A DNA stretch of 64,000 bases. It comes from Candidatus Azambacteria bacterium. Lineage in GTDB: Bacteria > Patescibacteriota > Minisyncoccia > UBA10092. Below the pieces are notes generated by a model that saw only the letters and a program-made list of their open reading frames with translations, was not told where the DNA came from and did no database searches. Location: the NCBI GenBank assembly GCA_016213445.1, contig JACRAJ010000001.1:78203-142202 (forward strand). The letters run 5' to 3'. A program made the position numbers and the translations under genes. The stretch's first letter is position 1; every line of letters begins with the position of its first letter. Positions 9,873-18,872 of this stretch are shown one piece after another.

Positions 9873-11108
9873 TTACAGCTTAAAATCGCTTTTTCCCAAA
9901 GTTGAAATGAAAAGATTGTCTTCGGTTAGATATTTTTTCTTGGCGTCAAGAATGTTCCGATAGGTCGCTTTTTTTATAATGCCGATATAATCTTTCGGAG
10001 TTATAAGTTTGCCGTGTAAATTCCAAAATAATCCCAGAAATTTTAATTCATTTAAAGAATCATTCATCTGCCGAGCGAGAATGTTTAATGTTTGATCTTT
10101 CAATTCGGTAAAAACTTTTTTATCAAAATTTTTTTCAAAATTATTAATATTTTCCAAAATAACTTTAATGGCTTTCAAGGGTTTAGTGGTTGAAGTTTCA
10201 ATAGAAAACAAAAATGCGTCCCTGTGCGCGCTAATACTTGAGGAAATATTGTAAACCAATCCTCTTTTTTGGCGCAATTCTTGATTAAGAATCGAACTGG
10301 ATCCGTAACTTAAATAATTTTTTACAATTTCAAAAATTGAATATTCTTTTATGCCGATGGCCGGGCAAACAAAATCAAAAATGAGCTGGCTTTGCGAATT
10401 GTTTTTTTCGATATGCATGCGCCTGTCGCGCGCGCCCGGCGGCGACTTTAAATTATCAAATTCAAATCCCCGTTTCCAATTGTTAAAAAATCTATCGGTT
10501 AATTTTAAAATTTTATTATGCGAAATATTGCCCGTAACAATAATCGCCGAACGATTGGGAATAAAAAATTTTTCATGATATTCCCTCAGATTTTCGGCTT
10601 TCGCTTTTAATATCGATTCTTCTTCGCCCAGCGGATCTTGCGCAAGAGGATGGTTTTGAAATATTTTTTTGTATGTTTCTTTCCAAAGATACTTAAAATA
10701 ATCGTCGGACACGCGCTTTATTTCCTGAATTACAACCTGTTTTTCCGTTTCCAAAACTTTAGCGTCAATAATAGGATTCAGGATTATATCCGCTAAAAGT
10801 TCGAACATTTTCTCCGCATGCTTTCTTGCCACTTGAATAAAAAAATAAATCCGTTCCGGCCCGGTAAATGCATTGGATAAAGCGCCGACTCGATCTTTAT
10901 TAACATTAACTTTAAATGACGAGGGAAATTTTTTTGTTCCCTTGAAAAGCATGTGTTCCAAAAGATGGGCATAACCCCGCTGTTCTTTTGTCTCATAACG
11001 CGAACCGGCCCTGATCCAAACAGAAATATTAACAATTTCCGAATTCTTGTTTTCGCTTGTGATTATACTTAAACCATTAGGCAAATCTGATTTTTTATAA
11101 ATATTCAC
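9873..11108 (-). CDS. M16 family (pitrilysin/insulinase) zinc peptidase
   Basis: GYAHLLEHMLFKGT (HxxEH), NAFT, ELRQKRGLVY. Confidence 0.93.
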   Translation of the reverse strand: MNIYKKSDLPNGLSIITSENKNSEIVNISVWIRAGSRYETKEQRGYAHLLEHMLFKGTKKFPSSFKVNVNKDRVGALSNAFTGPERIYFFIQVARKHAEKMFELLADIILNPIIDAKVLETEKQVVIQEIKRVSDDYFKYLWKETYKKIFQNHPLAQDPLGEEESILKAKAENLREYHEKFFIPNRSAIIVTGNISHNKILKLTDRFFNNWKRGFEFDNLKSPPGARDRRMHIEKNNSQSQLIFDFVCPAIGIKEYSIFEIVKNYLSYGSSSILNQELRQKRGLVYNISSSISAHRDAFLFSIETSTTKPLKAIKVILENINNFEKNFDKKVFTELKDQTLNILARQMNDSLNELKFLGLFWNLHGKLITPKDYIGIIKKATYRNILDAKKKYLTEDNLFISTLGKSDFKL

Positions 11109-11149
11109 TATTATATGATAACAAAATTATATTTTTATTAAAATAATTA

Positions 11150-11173
11150 AGAGGAGGCGATAATGCCCCCTCT
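11150..11173 (-). terminator. Hairpin downstream of the small acidic ORF
   Basis: Minus strand AGAGGGGGC-ATTATC-GCCTCCTCT followed by T/A-rich tail. Confidence 0.6.
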
Positions 11174-11185
11174 AACAGCCCTCCT

Positions 11186-11287
11186 TTAGTCATTGGAAGA
11201 ATCCGAAGAATCTTCATAACCGCTATCGCCGTCATTTTGTTCGTTGGCTGCTGCATCATCCCAATCACTATATTCGTTAGGACCCAT
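11186..11287 (-). CDS. 33-aa acidic peptide (not in the ORF track)
   Basis: AAAGGAGGTGA SD, then MGPNEYSDWDDAAANEQNDGDSGYEDSSDSSND*, then a hairpin. Confidence 0.7.
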   Translation of the reverse strand: MGPNEYSDWDDAAANEQNDGDSGYEDSSDSSND

Positions 11288-11380
11288 TTTACTCACCTCC
11301 TTTTAGAGTGCTACTTAAAATTAAGCCCAAGGCTTATATGTACAAATCCTACTATAAGACCTAAAAAATATCAAATTTTA

Positions 11381-11433
11381 AAAAATGCTTTTAATTACCT
11401 CGGAATAATCTCCCTCCAATTGGGCAGAGCGAG
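11381..11433. repeat. Direct repeat copy 2 (orphan gene end FVNIDALPLALPNWREIIPR*)
   Basis: Matches 9769-9821 and 11979-12010. Confidence 0.92.
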
Positions 11434-11467
11434 GGGGAGGGCGTCGATGTTTACGAATTAAATTGTT

Positions 11468-11710
11468 TTATTCGCTATAAAAATAAGGCCTGATTTCGCT
11501 CTCGGAAACATACACTAAAGCTTGGCGATAAATAGCTTTTATCGTCCCCTTATCCAATTCCGAATGATTGGGGATGGTGAGCGTTTGCCTTGTGCCGCCT
11601 AAAATTCTGATTAACTTAATATGGCTGCCTTTTTGGGCAGCCATAGAAAAATCAAAACCAATAAATATTTTTATTATTTCCTGGCCGGAGAGAATTTTAA
11701 GCTTTGGCAT
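11468..11710 (-). CDS. hicA: HicA family toxin
   Basis: MPKLKILSGQEII..QKGSHIKL..TIPNHSELDKGT. Confidence 0.88.
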   Translation of the reverse strand: MPKLKILSGQEIIKIFIGFDFSMAAQKGSHIKLIRILGGTRQTLTIPNHSELDKGTIKAIYRQALVYVSESEIRPYFYSE

Positions 11711-11930
11711 AAGCCGAAGAATCAACTTCCAAATTAGCTAAAACTGAAGGTTCGGCGGCCAAATCAAAATCTGATAAATTTTCTCCTTCCAATTGAAGGC
11801 TAATCGCTTCCTGAAGATTAAAAATTAGTTCGTCGAGAGTTTTTCCCTGGGTGACCACGGGTAAATCAAGACATTCCGCAATATAGTATTTATCGCCTTT
11901 ATAAACATGAACTTGTATAATTTTCTTCAT
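11697..11930 (-). CDS. hicB: HicB family antitoxin (short, no DNA-binding domain)
   Basis: YIAECLDLPVVTQGKTLDELIFNLQEAISL. Confidence 0.85.
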   Translation of the reverse strand: MKKIIQVHVYKGDKYYIAECLDLPVVTQGKTLDELIFNLQEAISLQLEGENLSDFDLAAEPSVLANLEVDSSAYAKA

Positions 11931-11977
11931 AATGCGTATTTTATCACGCTTAAAAAGCGCAGGTCAATAAACAAATC

Positions 11978-12691
11978 CTACCTCGGAATAATCTCCCTCC
12001 AATTGGGCAGGGCCAACGGGGCGATGTCGATGGTTACCGAATTTGAAACCGAACCGCCCGGCCCGGAACAAGTCAAAGTGTAGGTGGCGCTGGGCGGAGG
12101 AGACGGAATAACGGTTTCACTGCCGCTTGTGGGTTTGGAACCGCTCCAAGCGCCGGAAGCAACGCAAGAAGTGGAATTGGTGCTTGACCAAGTCAAAGTT
12201 GACGATTGACCTTCAAAAATTGATGAAGGAGCGGCTAAAAGGGAAACTGTCGGCGGGCAATAGGGAGTGGTTACGTTGATGGTGTTGGAACGATTGGAAC
12301 CGCCCAAGTTATAGGCCTCAATTTGATAAGGATATGTCGTGTTCTGGCTGACGGTTGTGTCGGTGAATTGCAAAGCGGTATAAGGTTGATAAGGAGAAAT
12401 ATCAACACGAGGAGCGCCTCTTAAGATTCTATAACCATCGGCATTGGAAGAAGAGCTCCAACTTAAGGGAACTGTATTGCAGGCGACGGAGCCGCCCAGT
12501 CCGAGGCTGAAATTGCCGGGAGGGGGAACGGGCATCCATTTTGCCAAAAATCCAGCATTCCCTTCTCCAAAAACCTGGGTCTGGGCACTCGATTTAAAAG
12601 GATGGTTCAAATCAATGCTTTCAACCAAAAATATAATTACAAAAACCGAAATAATGCTTAGCCAAAAAAGCGGTTTTTTAAACAAATCCAT
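11978..12691 (-). CDS. Membrane-anchored surface protein with FN3 and Ig/PKD-like domains
   Basis: N-terminal TM; LSW..GYRILR..FTDT..YQIEAYN (FN3); TLTWSSTN..C..W..YTLTC; ends WREIIPR. Confidence 0.8.
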   Translation of the reverse strand: MDLFKKPLFWLSIISVFVIIFLVESIDLNHPFKSSAQTQVFGEGNAGFLAKWMPVPPPGNFSLGLGGSVACNTVPLSWSSSSNADGYRILRGAPRVDISPYQPYTALQFTDTTVSQNTTYPYQIEAYNLGGSNRSNTINVTTPYCPPTVSLLAAPSSIFEGQSSTLTWSSTNSTSCVASGAWSGSKPTSGSETVIPSPPPSATYTLTCSGPGGSVSNSVTIDIAPLALPNWREIIPR

Positions 12692-12700
12692 AATCGTTTA

Positions 12701-13258
12701 TTAGCGATAGATATTTATGCGAACCGCTGTAAATTGAGCATCCAGAGGATTTGCGCTTGCGCCGGGACCAAAGCTAAAACTAACATTAACGGAATCGCCG
12801 ATTTTCAAGTCGCCGACTTTAATTTCTTTCTCGGTAGAAGGAACGGGCGGAAAAAGACCGGAAATATTTTTTATACTCTTCTGTTTTTCCAGAAATTCTT
12901 TCATTTCTTTGTCAAAAACCGCCAACTCCTTTTTTTCTATCAGAAAAATCTTGGCATTATCGCTCAACAAAACCTTTTTTTGCCGATACTCTTTAGGCAA
13001 ATTAACGCTTAAAACACGCGGAACATCAATAATAAGAGATTTCTGATCCGAAGAAATTTCCAGAATGTTGCCGGAAAGGTTATTGGCAAAATCAACGCCG
13101 CTGAAAACTTCTTTAAGCATGGTTTGACACGATTCTTGCGCAATTTTGTTTTTCCCGACAATCGATCCAAAATAATAACCCATTGCTAAAGCGACAGCGG
13201 CAATGACAATATAAATTAAGATATTTTTAATTTTATTTGATTGAATTATTTGGTCCAT
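12701..13258 (-). CDS. Hypothetical membrane-anchored protein (OB-like)
   Basis: 185-aa ORF, N-terminal TM, DLKIGDSVNV motif. Confidence 0.7.
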   Translation of the reverse strand: MDQIIQSNKIKNILIYIVIAAVALAMGYYFGSIVGKNKIAQESCQTMLKEVFSGVDFANNLSGNILEISSDQKSLIIDVPRVLSVNLPKEYRQKKVLLSDNAKIFLIEKKELAVFDKEMKEFLEKQKSIKNISGLFPPVPSTEKEIKVGDLKIGDSVNVSFSFGPGASANPLDAQFTAVRINIYR

Positions 13259-13339
13259 AAGTATAAATTTTTATTGGATCTTCAATAATTTGCGCAACCT
13301 CCGATGTTATATATTTATTGTCGACGCGATAATTTTGAA

Positions 13340-13882
13340 CTAATTGCAAAAATGCCACTCACACGGTTCATCTCCTCCACTACTACAGCCGCCGGCTGTA
13401 GTATAGTTAAAAGACACAGAACACCCGGCTGGACACGAAAATCCTCCCGTAAATTGATTTGGTAGCCACGCCTGTCCGCCTCTTTGGGTTATATAAAATC
13501 CACAATATTTTACCTGACTTGCCCATCTGCCGATAGAATTAATGTAATAATCGTTTGCCCACATATTATTCGGGGTAAATATCCAATCACTCGCGTGAAT
13601 ATCTCCGGCAACATCTAATTTTGTGATCGGACCCGCAGTCCCGATGCCAACATTAGAGCCGTTGTCGTAAATTATTGAATTGCCAATCTGATTAGTGTCG
13701 CTAAAAGCGGCGAGATAATTAACCGAGCCTGCGCCCGTGATGGATTGAACCGCGGCAATGGCTTTTTTGACAAATGAGGGAAGTTTTGTTTGGCTGACAT
13801 TAATGCTGACAACCAGTAAAAAAATAAGGGTTAATAAAAAAATATTGATATAAAAAAGAGGATTTTTGAATAATGATTTCAT
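13340..13882 (-). CDS. Membrane-anchored fibre/adhesin-like protein
   Basis: N-terminal TM, NSIIYDNGSNVGIGT..KLDVAG fibre-like motif, Cys-rich tip. Confidence 0.7.
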   Translation of the reverse strand: MKSLFKNPLFYINIFLLTLIFLLVVSINVSQTKLPSFVKKAIAAVQSITGAGSVNYLAAFSDTNQIGNSIIYDNGSNVGIGTAGPITKLDVAGDIHASDWIFTPNNMWANDYYINSIGRWASQVKYCGFYITQRGGQAWLPNQFTGGFSCPAGCSVSFNYTTAGGCSSGGDEPCEWHFCN

Positions 13883-14049
13883 TTGTATTGATTAATTATT
13901 TAATGATAATTAATAATGATGAATCTATAAATTCACAACTACGGCATATATATGTAAATTATATCACATGGCAAATAAATAAACCTGTGTATAACATTTT
14001 CGGATTTAAATAAAAAAGGGTTAGATAAAAAATATCTAACCCCATTGCT

Positions 14050-14943
14050 TCAACTCGCCGGCACAGGCGCGCCGGGAACAAGTTCGAAATATAAAATTTT
14101 CATCGCCGCCGCGGCGACAGGGTTTATGCTCGTCGCGTCAATAATAATATCATCAGCCCAGGACCAAATGCCCAAGCTCCTGCCAATTTCTCTGGCGATC
14201 AAGATCTTATTGTTGCCACTTACAGTGGCAACAGCGGCGTTGTACGCCAGAGTTGTTGAATTCACCCAAGTCTGCGTGCCGAAAGACGCGCCGTATTCAA
14301 AAAATACGACGCCGTTTTTTCCTGCTGTATCCACGCTGTTTTCAGCGCTGGGAACAACATTAAACGTTATTCCCGTGTATTTTTTCCAAAACTCCGCCGC
14401 CTGCTGATAAACAGGAAAATAGCCGCCATCGACTATTTCCTTGCTTACTTCCAGCGTAATGGGCAACACTGCCCAACGGCGAACACCGGAAAAATGAAAT
14501 GGGCCATTGTTCATGTTGTGATCAATCAAGAACTGCAGAGCCTGTTTCCGCAGTTCAGCCGGGTCAACCTTTACCGAAACCGTCGCGGCAGTCGTGGCTC
14601 CGGAAGTATTGGTTGCCACCGCCTTGAGCGTGTGGGTTCCGGCAGCTAAGGTGCCCGCGTCAAAATCAAAGCTGTGTATCCCCCGAACTTCAGGGGAGTC
14701 CGTAGCCACCAAAACATCGTCAACAAAAAACTGCGTATTGACGATGCCTGTTCCAGCAACCCCAACCTCGGCGGTCATTAATCCGCCAACTAATTGATTT
14801 CCTCTGGGATAGAGGAAACTCACCGAAAGCGGAATCTCTTTTCCGCCTCCGCCTCCACTTGCTTCACCACCGCCACCCCCGCCTCCGCCGCCACAGGCGA
14901 CAAAAGCCAACGGCAACAACAGCAATATCCGCCATTTTTTCAT
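14050..14943 (-). CDS. Lipoprotein with Ig-like domain and degenerate metzincin-like domain
   Basis: Lipobox LAFVAC plus Gly linker; FFVDD..GTHTLKAVATN; AREIGRSLG; GGAGGTG SD. Confidence 0.75.
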   Translation of the reverse strand: MKKWRILLLLPLAFVACGGGGGGGGGEASGGGGGKEIPLSVSFLYPRGNQLVGGLMTAEVGVAGTGIVNTQFFVDDVLVATDSPEVRGIHSFDFDAGTLAAGTHTLKAVATNTSGATTAATVSVKVDPAELRKQALQFLIDHNMNNGPFHFSGVRRWAVLPITLEVSKEIVDGGYFPVYQQAAEFWKKYTGITFNVVPSAENSVDTAGKNGVVFFEYGASFGTQTWVNSTTLAYNAAVATVSGNNKILIAREIGRSLGIWSWADDIIIDATSINPVAAAAMKILYFELVPGAPVPAS

Positions 14944-15050
14944 CTCACACCTCCGCGCTATTCGCGCTTGTTTAAAACTAAATTATTTAAAAGATCGGAA
15001 ACCAATCTTGTTCAAAGCGTATAATCAAAAGCCATGATTTGTCAAGTTTT

Positions 15051-15705
15051 TGTAATGGTTCAATAGCTTCTGACCACCTATGAGGTAAAATGCTATGTAT
15101 ATGCCATATACAAATAATCCCAATCTTCCCCGTGTTCGCATGCAAGCGGTTGAGCTGGTGCGGCAAGGGAGAAGTGTTAGAGAAGTCGCCCGTCATTTCG
15201 GATTCGCTCACAATACCGTTCTTAATTGGTTGAAGAGAGCGCCGGAGTATGGGCCATGGTCAATTGGTAATTTCGACTAGATCATCGAGACCTCGCCACC
15301 ACCCAAAAGAACTGCCAATGGAAATTGTTTCCCGCATTCTCACACTGAGAGCCGAACGCAATCAATGCGCTGAAATCATCCATTACAGATTGAAGAAAGA
15401 AGGAATCATAGCAAGCGTCTCATCGGTTAAAAGAGTGTTTCATCGCCTTGGATTAAGCCGGTATTCAAAGTGGAAGAAATGGCATCGGTATCCGCCTCGT
15501 CCGATGCCGGAAAAGCCCGGAGGAAAGATTCATTAGGACTTTGCAGGATGAATGCTTACATCGCATTTCAAGGAATTTTGAGGTTTGGAAAAAAGAAATT
15601 CCCGAATTTCTTCACTACTACAATACCGAAAGACCGCACATGGGAATCAATTATCAAACACCGATTGAAATTATTAAATGGTCAGAAGCTATTGATTAGA
15701 AAACA
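15051..15705 (+). mobile_element. IS481-family remnant (frameshifted, internally deleted)
   Basis: TGT...ACA ends; 17-bp inverted repeat TCAATAGCTTCTGACCA (15060-15076 / 15679-15695); HTH fragments 15095-15536; YNTERPHMG C-terminal fragment. Confidence 0.85.
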
Positions 15706-15779
15706 TCACTCGCCTGAAACGATTTTATTTGCCCGGATCCAATGAAAAAGGCCCCGCTGTTGCGGGGCCGGAAAGGCGT

Positions 15780-16043
15780 CTAAAATAATTTTGGCGACGC
15801 TGTTTGTTTTCGGCGGCGACGACGGCTTTCGAAAATCGCAGTCGCCTGCCTGCAAACGGCGTCAAAAACTTCTTTTGAAACCCAGCATTGCGCCGGGTTA
15901 TGAATCTGGGCGTCGGGCTTCCCTCGCCCGATTAATTTTACTCTCCCATTGCTGGCGGGAGCGAAAGTAAACCTTATGCCCGACGCGAGAATATAAACCC
16001 GGTCCGACAATACCTTTAAAACTTTAATATTGTCAAAAGTCAA
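15780..16043 (-). CDS. Hypothetical protein
   Basis: 87-aa ORF with SD-like AAAGGGGGGTGA and downstream hairpin GGCCCCGC-TGTT-GCGGGGCC. Confidence 0.55.
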   Translation of the reverse strand: MTFDNIKVLKVLSDRVYILASGIRFTFAPASNGRVKLIGRGKPDAQIHNPAQCWVSKEVFDAVCRQATAIFESRRRRRKQTASPKLF

Positions 16044-16258
16044 TCAAATCACCCCCCTTTCCGTCAATACGGAATAATTCTTTTCGGAAAACGAAGCATC
16101 ATATTTTCCGTTATGCCTCCCGAAGTTTTTTCTTCATCTCCTCCTAATTTAAATTTAAAATTAAAGACCTGATTACTATCTACCATATTTCATTAATTTT
16201 GTAAAGCAGGAGTTTTGTTTTACAAATTTTCAGTTTTTATGTAAAATATCGGCATTCT

Positions 16259-16345
16259 GGAGGCGTGGCAGAGCGGCTTAATGCAGCATCCTGCTAAGAT
16301 GTTGTGTCCGAAAGGGCACCGGAGGTTCGAATCCTCCCGCCTCCG
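16259..16345 (+). tRNA. tRNA-Ser(GCT)
   Basis: GGAGGCG/CGCCTCC acceptor, GCATC-CT GCT AA-GATGT, long variable arm, TTCGAAT. Confidence 0.95.
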
Positions 16346-16409
16346 CAGACAACATTTTTTATCGAGAGACCGCCCCGATCGAGGCGGTTGCGAGACAAAA
16401 ACAATAAGC

Positions 16410-17987
16410 TTACATTTTAGTTACTATCCCTAATTTGATAAGACGAGATCTAATGGCTCCGCTCGTCCTATTGAATATTCTTGCAAGATCAGAAATGGAT
16501 AAATTTCTTACAAACAGATCTCGTAGTTTATCATCCAGCGATTCGTCCCACGGCAAATAAGCGCTTGGATATTTCTCTCTTATTTTTTTAAAACCAGGTT
16601 GTGTAGAAATTTCTTGCGCGAAGACAGGTGAAAGCTTATTGGTGTTAGGTCCGTAAAATACGGTGTGCATTCCCGCAATAGCGGAATCCGACTGCGCGCG
16701 AAATTCGGCGTCTTTTATTAGTACATACGGATGCACCCGAAAAGCCTGCTCGTTCCAGCCGAGAAGATACAAACCCGAAAGCCGCCTAACGCGCGAAAGC
16801 GCGACATAGCCCTGGCCGAATTCAAACACACTGCTTAAATCCATCACCGCTTCATCTAAGCTCATACCTTGACTCTTATGCACTGTAATCGCCCAAGCAA
16901 GGCGAAGCGGCAATTGGGTGATTCGCGCGCGGATTTTGTTATCTTCTTCCACGGCCCAATCCATGGGCTCAACTTTAATTCGCCTTCCGTTTCGCGTTCT
17001 AACAATTGGATAGCCATTTTCTTTATCAAATTCTTCAACCGCGCCAAGTGTGCCGTTTGCAAAAATTCCTTTTAGGCTATTTTTTGTAAACATCACTGCC
17101 GCGCCAATTTTTAAATACAGCGTCTCCGGAGAAAGACAGCCTTTCTTAAGCGCGGAAATAAGCGCGTCCTGACCTTGTGAAGACATAGAAAATGTCTGCG
17201 GTTTGCCGGAAAGTTTAGCGAGCACTTCATTATTAACGCGGTCTACATCGGCATTATGGGAAAAAAGCTTCGGCACGCCAGTCGGCGCGGCATGAGGATT
17301 AATTTTTCTCGTTTCAATACAGCTTAAGTGATCGCCGTCAAAAATATTATTCCGAATAGCCGAAAGTAAGGCAAGATAATTGTCATCGTCCTGCCGATAT
17401 TGTTCCGTGAGATAACAAACATTTAAATTCGCGCGTTTCCACGCGGGAGAGTAATAAGCAAAGCGAGCCTGCGATTCTTCTCTGCCCAAGGCTGATCCGC
17501 CTTTGGCGGAAATGAGCGCTGTTTGCGTGTTATCTCCCACTTCTGTTTTTACAATCGGCGGTAATTGGAAAAAATCGCCGACTAAAACAATTTGAATACC
17601 CCCGAACGGTTCCGAACTTTGCTTGATTTCGCGGCATACGGCGTCAACCATATCCAAAGTACCGGGAGAAAGCATAGAAACTTCATCTATAATAAGCGTT
17701 TTGGCGCGCTGAACATGTTTTACGATGCGCTTGTTTGCCGCAATTTTATCAAGATCGTATTTTCTCAATCTTGTTTTAATTCCTATGCCGCTCCACGAGT
17801 GAATTGTCATCCCGCCTATGTGCGTCGCGGCGATGCCGGTTGAGGCCGTAATCGCCGGCTCAATGCCGCGCACGCGCAAATATGTCGCGTACTCGTTTAC
17901 AGTATGTGTCTTGCCGGAGCCAGGTTCGCCGGTCAAAAAAACATTCACGCCGGATTTCAATATTGATAGCGCTTGGGATTGAGTCAT
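16410..17987 (-). CDS. PIF1/RecD-like helicase with C-terminal HTH
   Basis: GEPGSGKT, IIDEVSM, GDFFQLPP, AITVHKSQG, YVALSR. Confidence 0.92.
   Translation of the reverse strand: MTQSQALSILKSGVNVFLTGEPGSGKTHTVNEYATYLRVRGIEPAITASTGIAATHIGGMTIHSWSGIGIKTRLRKYDLDKIAANKRIVKHVQRAKTLIIDEVSMLSPGTLDMVDAVCREIKQSSEPFGGIQIVLVGDFFQLPPIVKTEVGDNTQTALISAKGGSALGREESQARFAYYSPAWKRANLNVCYLTEQYRQDDDNYLALLSAIRNNIFDGDHLSCIETRKINPHAAPTGVPKLFSHNADVDRVNNEVLAKLSGKPQTFSMSSQGQDALISALKKGCLSPETLYLKIGAAVMFTKNSLKGIFANGTLGAVEEFDKENGYPIVRTRNGRRIKVEPMDWAVEEDNKIRARITQLPLRLAWAITVHKSQGMSLDEAVMDLSSVFEFGQGYVALSRVRRLSGLYLLGWNEQAFRVHPYVLIKDAEFRAQSDSAIAGMHTVFYGPNTNKLSPVFAQEISTQPGFKKIREKYPSAYLPWDESLDDKLRDLFVRNLSISDLARIFNRTSGAIRSRLIKLGIVTKM
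17481..17510. repeat. 30-bp double-hairpin element (SAKGG family) in the helicase
   Basis: TCTGCCCAAGGCTGATCCGCCTTTGGCGGA; 27/30 to 56064-56093; encodes SAKGGSALGR. Confidence 0.9.
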
Positions 17988-17999
17988 AAAATTTCTGAA

Positions 18000-18842
18000 T
18001 TATAAAAAATAGATATCTTGTCCATAACCTCCAACGCCAAGATACTCTGCTTGTCCTTTTAAAATAGCCTCAAATGGTTTGCATGCAAAACAACCCGCGT
18101 CCCCGCGAGGACAATTAAATGTTTTTTTCTCTCGAGCTTCTTTAACCTGCAAAGCAATCGCGAGAACTTTTTTTCTCGCTTCATTGATGTCGGGTAAAAT
18201 CATATCAACGGGCTTATTGTCTCGATCAAGATACCAATAAGCCGCACCGGAGACCTTGCGCTCTTGTAAGGCATTCAAAAGCAAAAGATAAATTGGAAGT
18301 TGAAGAGAACCCTCGCCCTCATCATGTTTGCCCGTCTTAAAATCAAGAACACGAATACTATTATCTTGTTCAATGTATTCCAGCCAATCAATACGCCCAT
18401 TTAAAATTATGTTTTCTTCTTCGGAAAGAAAAAAATTCGGCGCCATGCCGTTGTGGCTTTCTTTAAGACGAATTATTTTTCGAATGATTGGCCCCGGATT
18501 TTTTATAACCCGCGTCACCATAGCTCTGCCGCGAGCTTTCACTTCAAACTCCTCAATGTCATTCTTAAAGCCCCCCCTTTTTCCCGAGACATCGCCCCAG
18601 GCCTTTTCAAAGTCCGCTAAAAGATCGCAATTAACTCTTTCATTGAAAGGAATGTTTTTTAGCGATTCAAGAGTTGTGTGAACCGCTTGGCCCAGCGAAA
18701 GAGCCGAATTCACAATATTTATTTTTCGCCCCGTTTTAGGGTCTTTATACACATTGCGCAGATAATACGCTCGCGGGCACTTTAAAAAATCCCCTATGGA
18801 GGAATGCGACACCCATATTGCTTCATATTTATTTTGAACCAT
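18000..18842 (-). CDS. PD-(D/E)XK nuclease (AddB/Cas4-like, 4 Cys)
   Basis: SHSSI..CPRAY, GRIDW, DFKTG, QLPIY, C..CFAC. Confidence 0.88.
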   Translation of the reverse strand: MVQNKYEAIWVSHSSIGDFLKCPRAYYLRNVYKDPKTGRKINIVNSALSLGQAVHTTLESLKNIPFNERVNCDLLADFEKAWGDVSGKRGGFKNDIEEFEVKARGRAMVTRVIKNPGPIIRKIIRLKESHNGMAPNFFLSEEENIILNGRIDWLEYIEQDNSIRVLDFKTGKHDEGEGSLQLPIYLLLLNALQERKVSGAAYWYLDRDNKPVDMILPDINEARKKVLAIALQVKEAREKKTFNCPRGDAGCFACKPFEAILKGQAEYLGVGGYGQDIYFL

Positions 18843-18872
18843 ATTTATTTATTTCTCGTCACTAACTCAATT

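Noticed and set aside
9769..12010. DGR template/variable repeats or a CRISPR array as explanation of the three repeats
   Set aside because: No reverse transcriptase or cas gene is in the window, the differences are not adenine-specific, and the spacing is 0.6-1.6 kb and contains whole genes.
14843..14892. Poly-Gly coding tract as a phase-variable repeat
   Set aside because: Mixed Gly codons; this is an ordinary linker after a lipoprotein cysteine.
18000..18842. Cas4 indicating a CRISPR locus
   Set aside because: There is no cas1/cas2 or array; this is a stand-alone PD-(D/E)XK nuclease.
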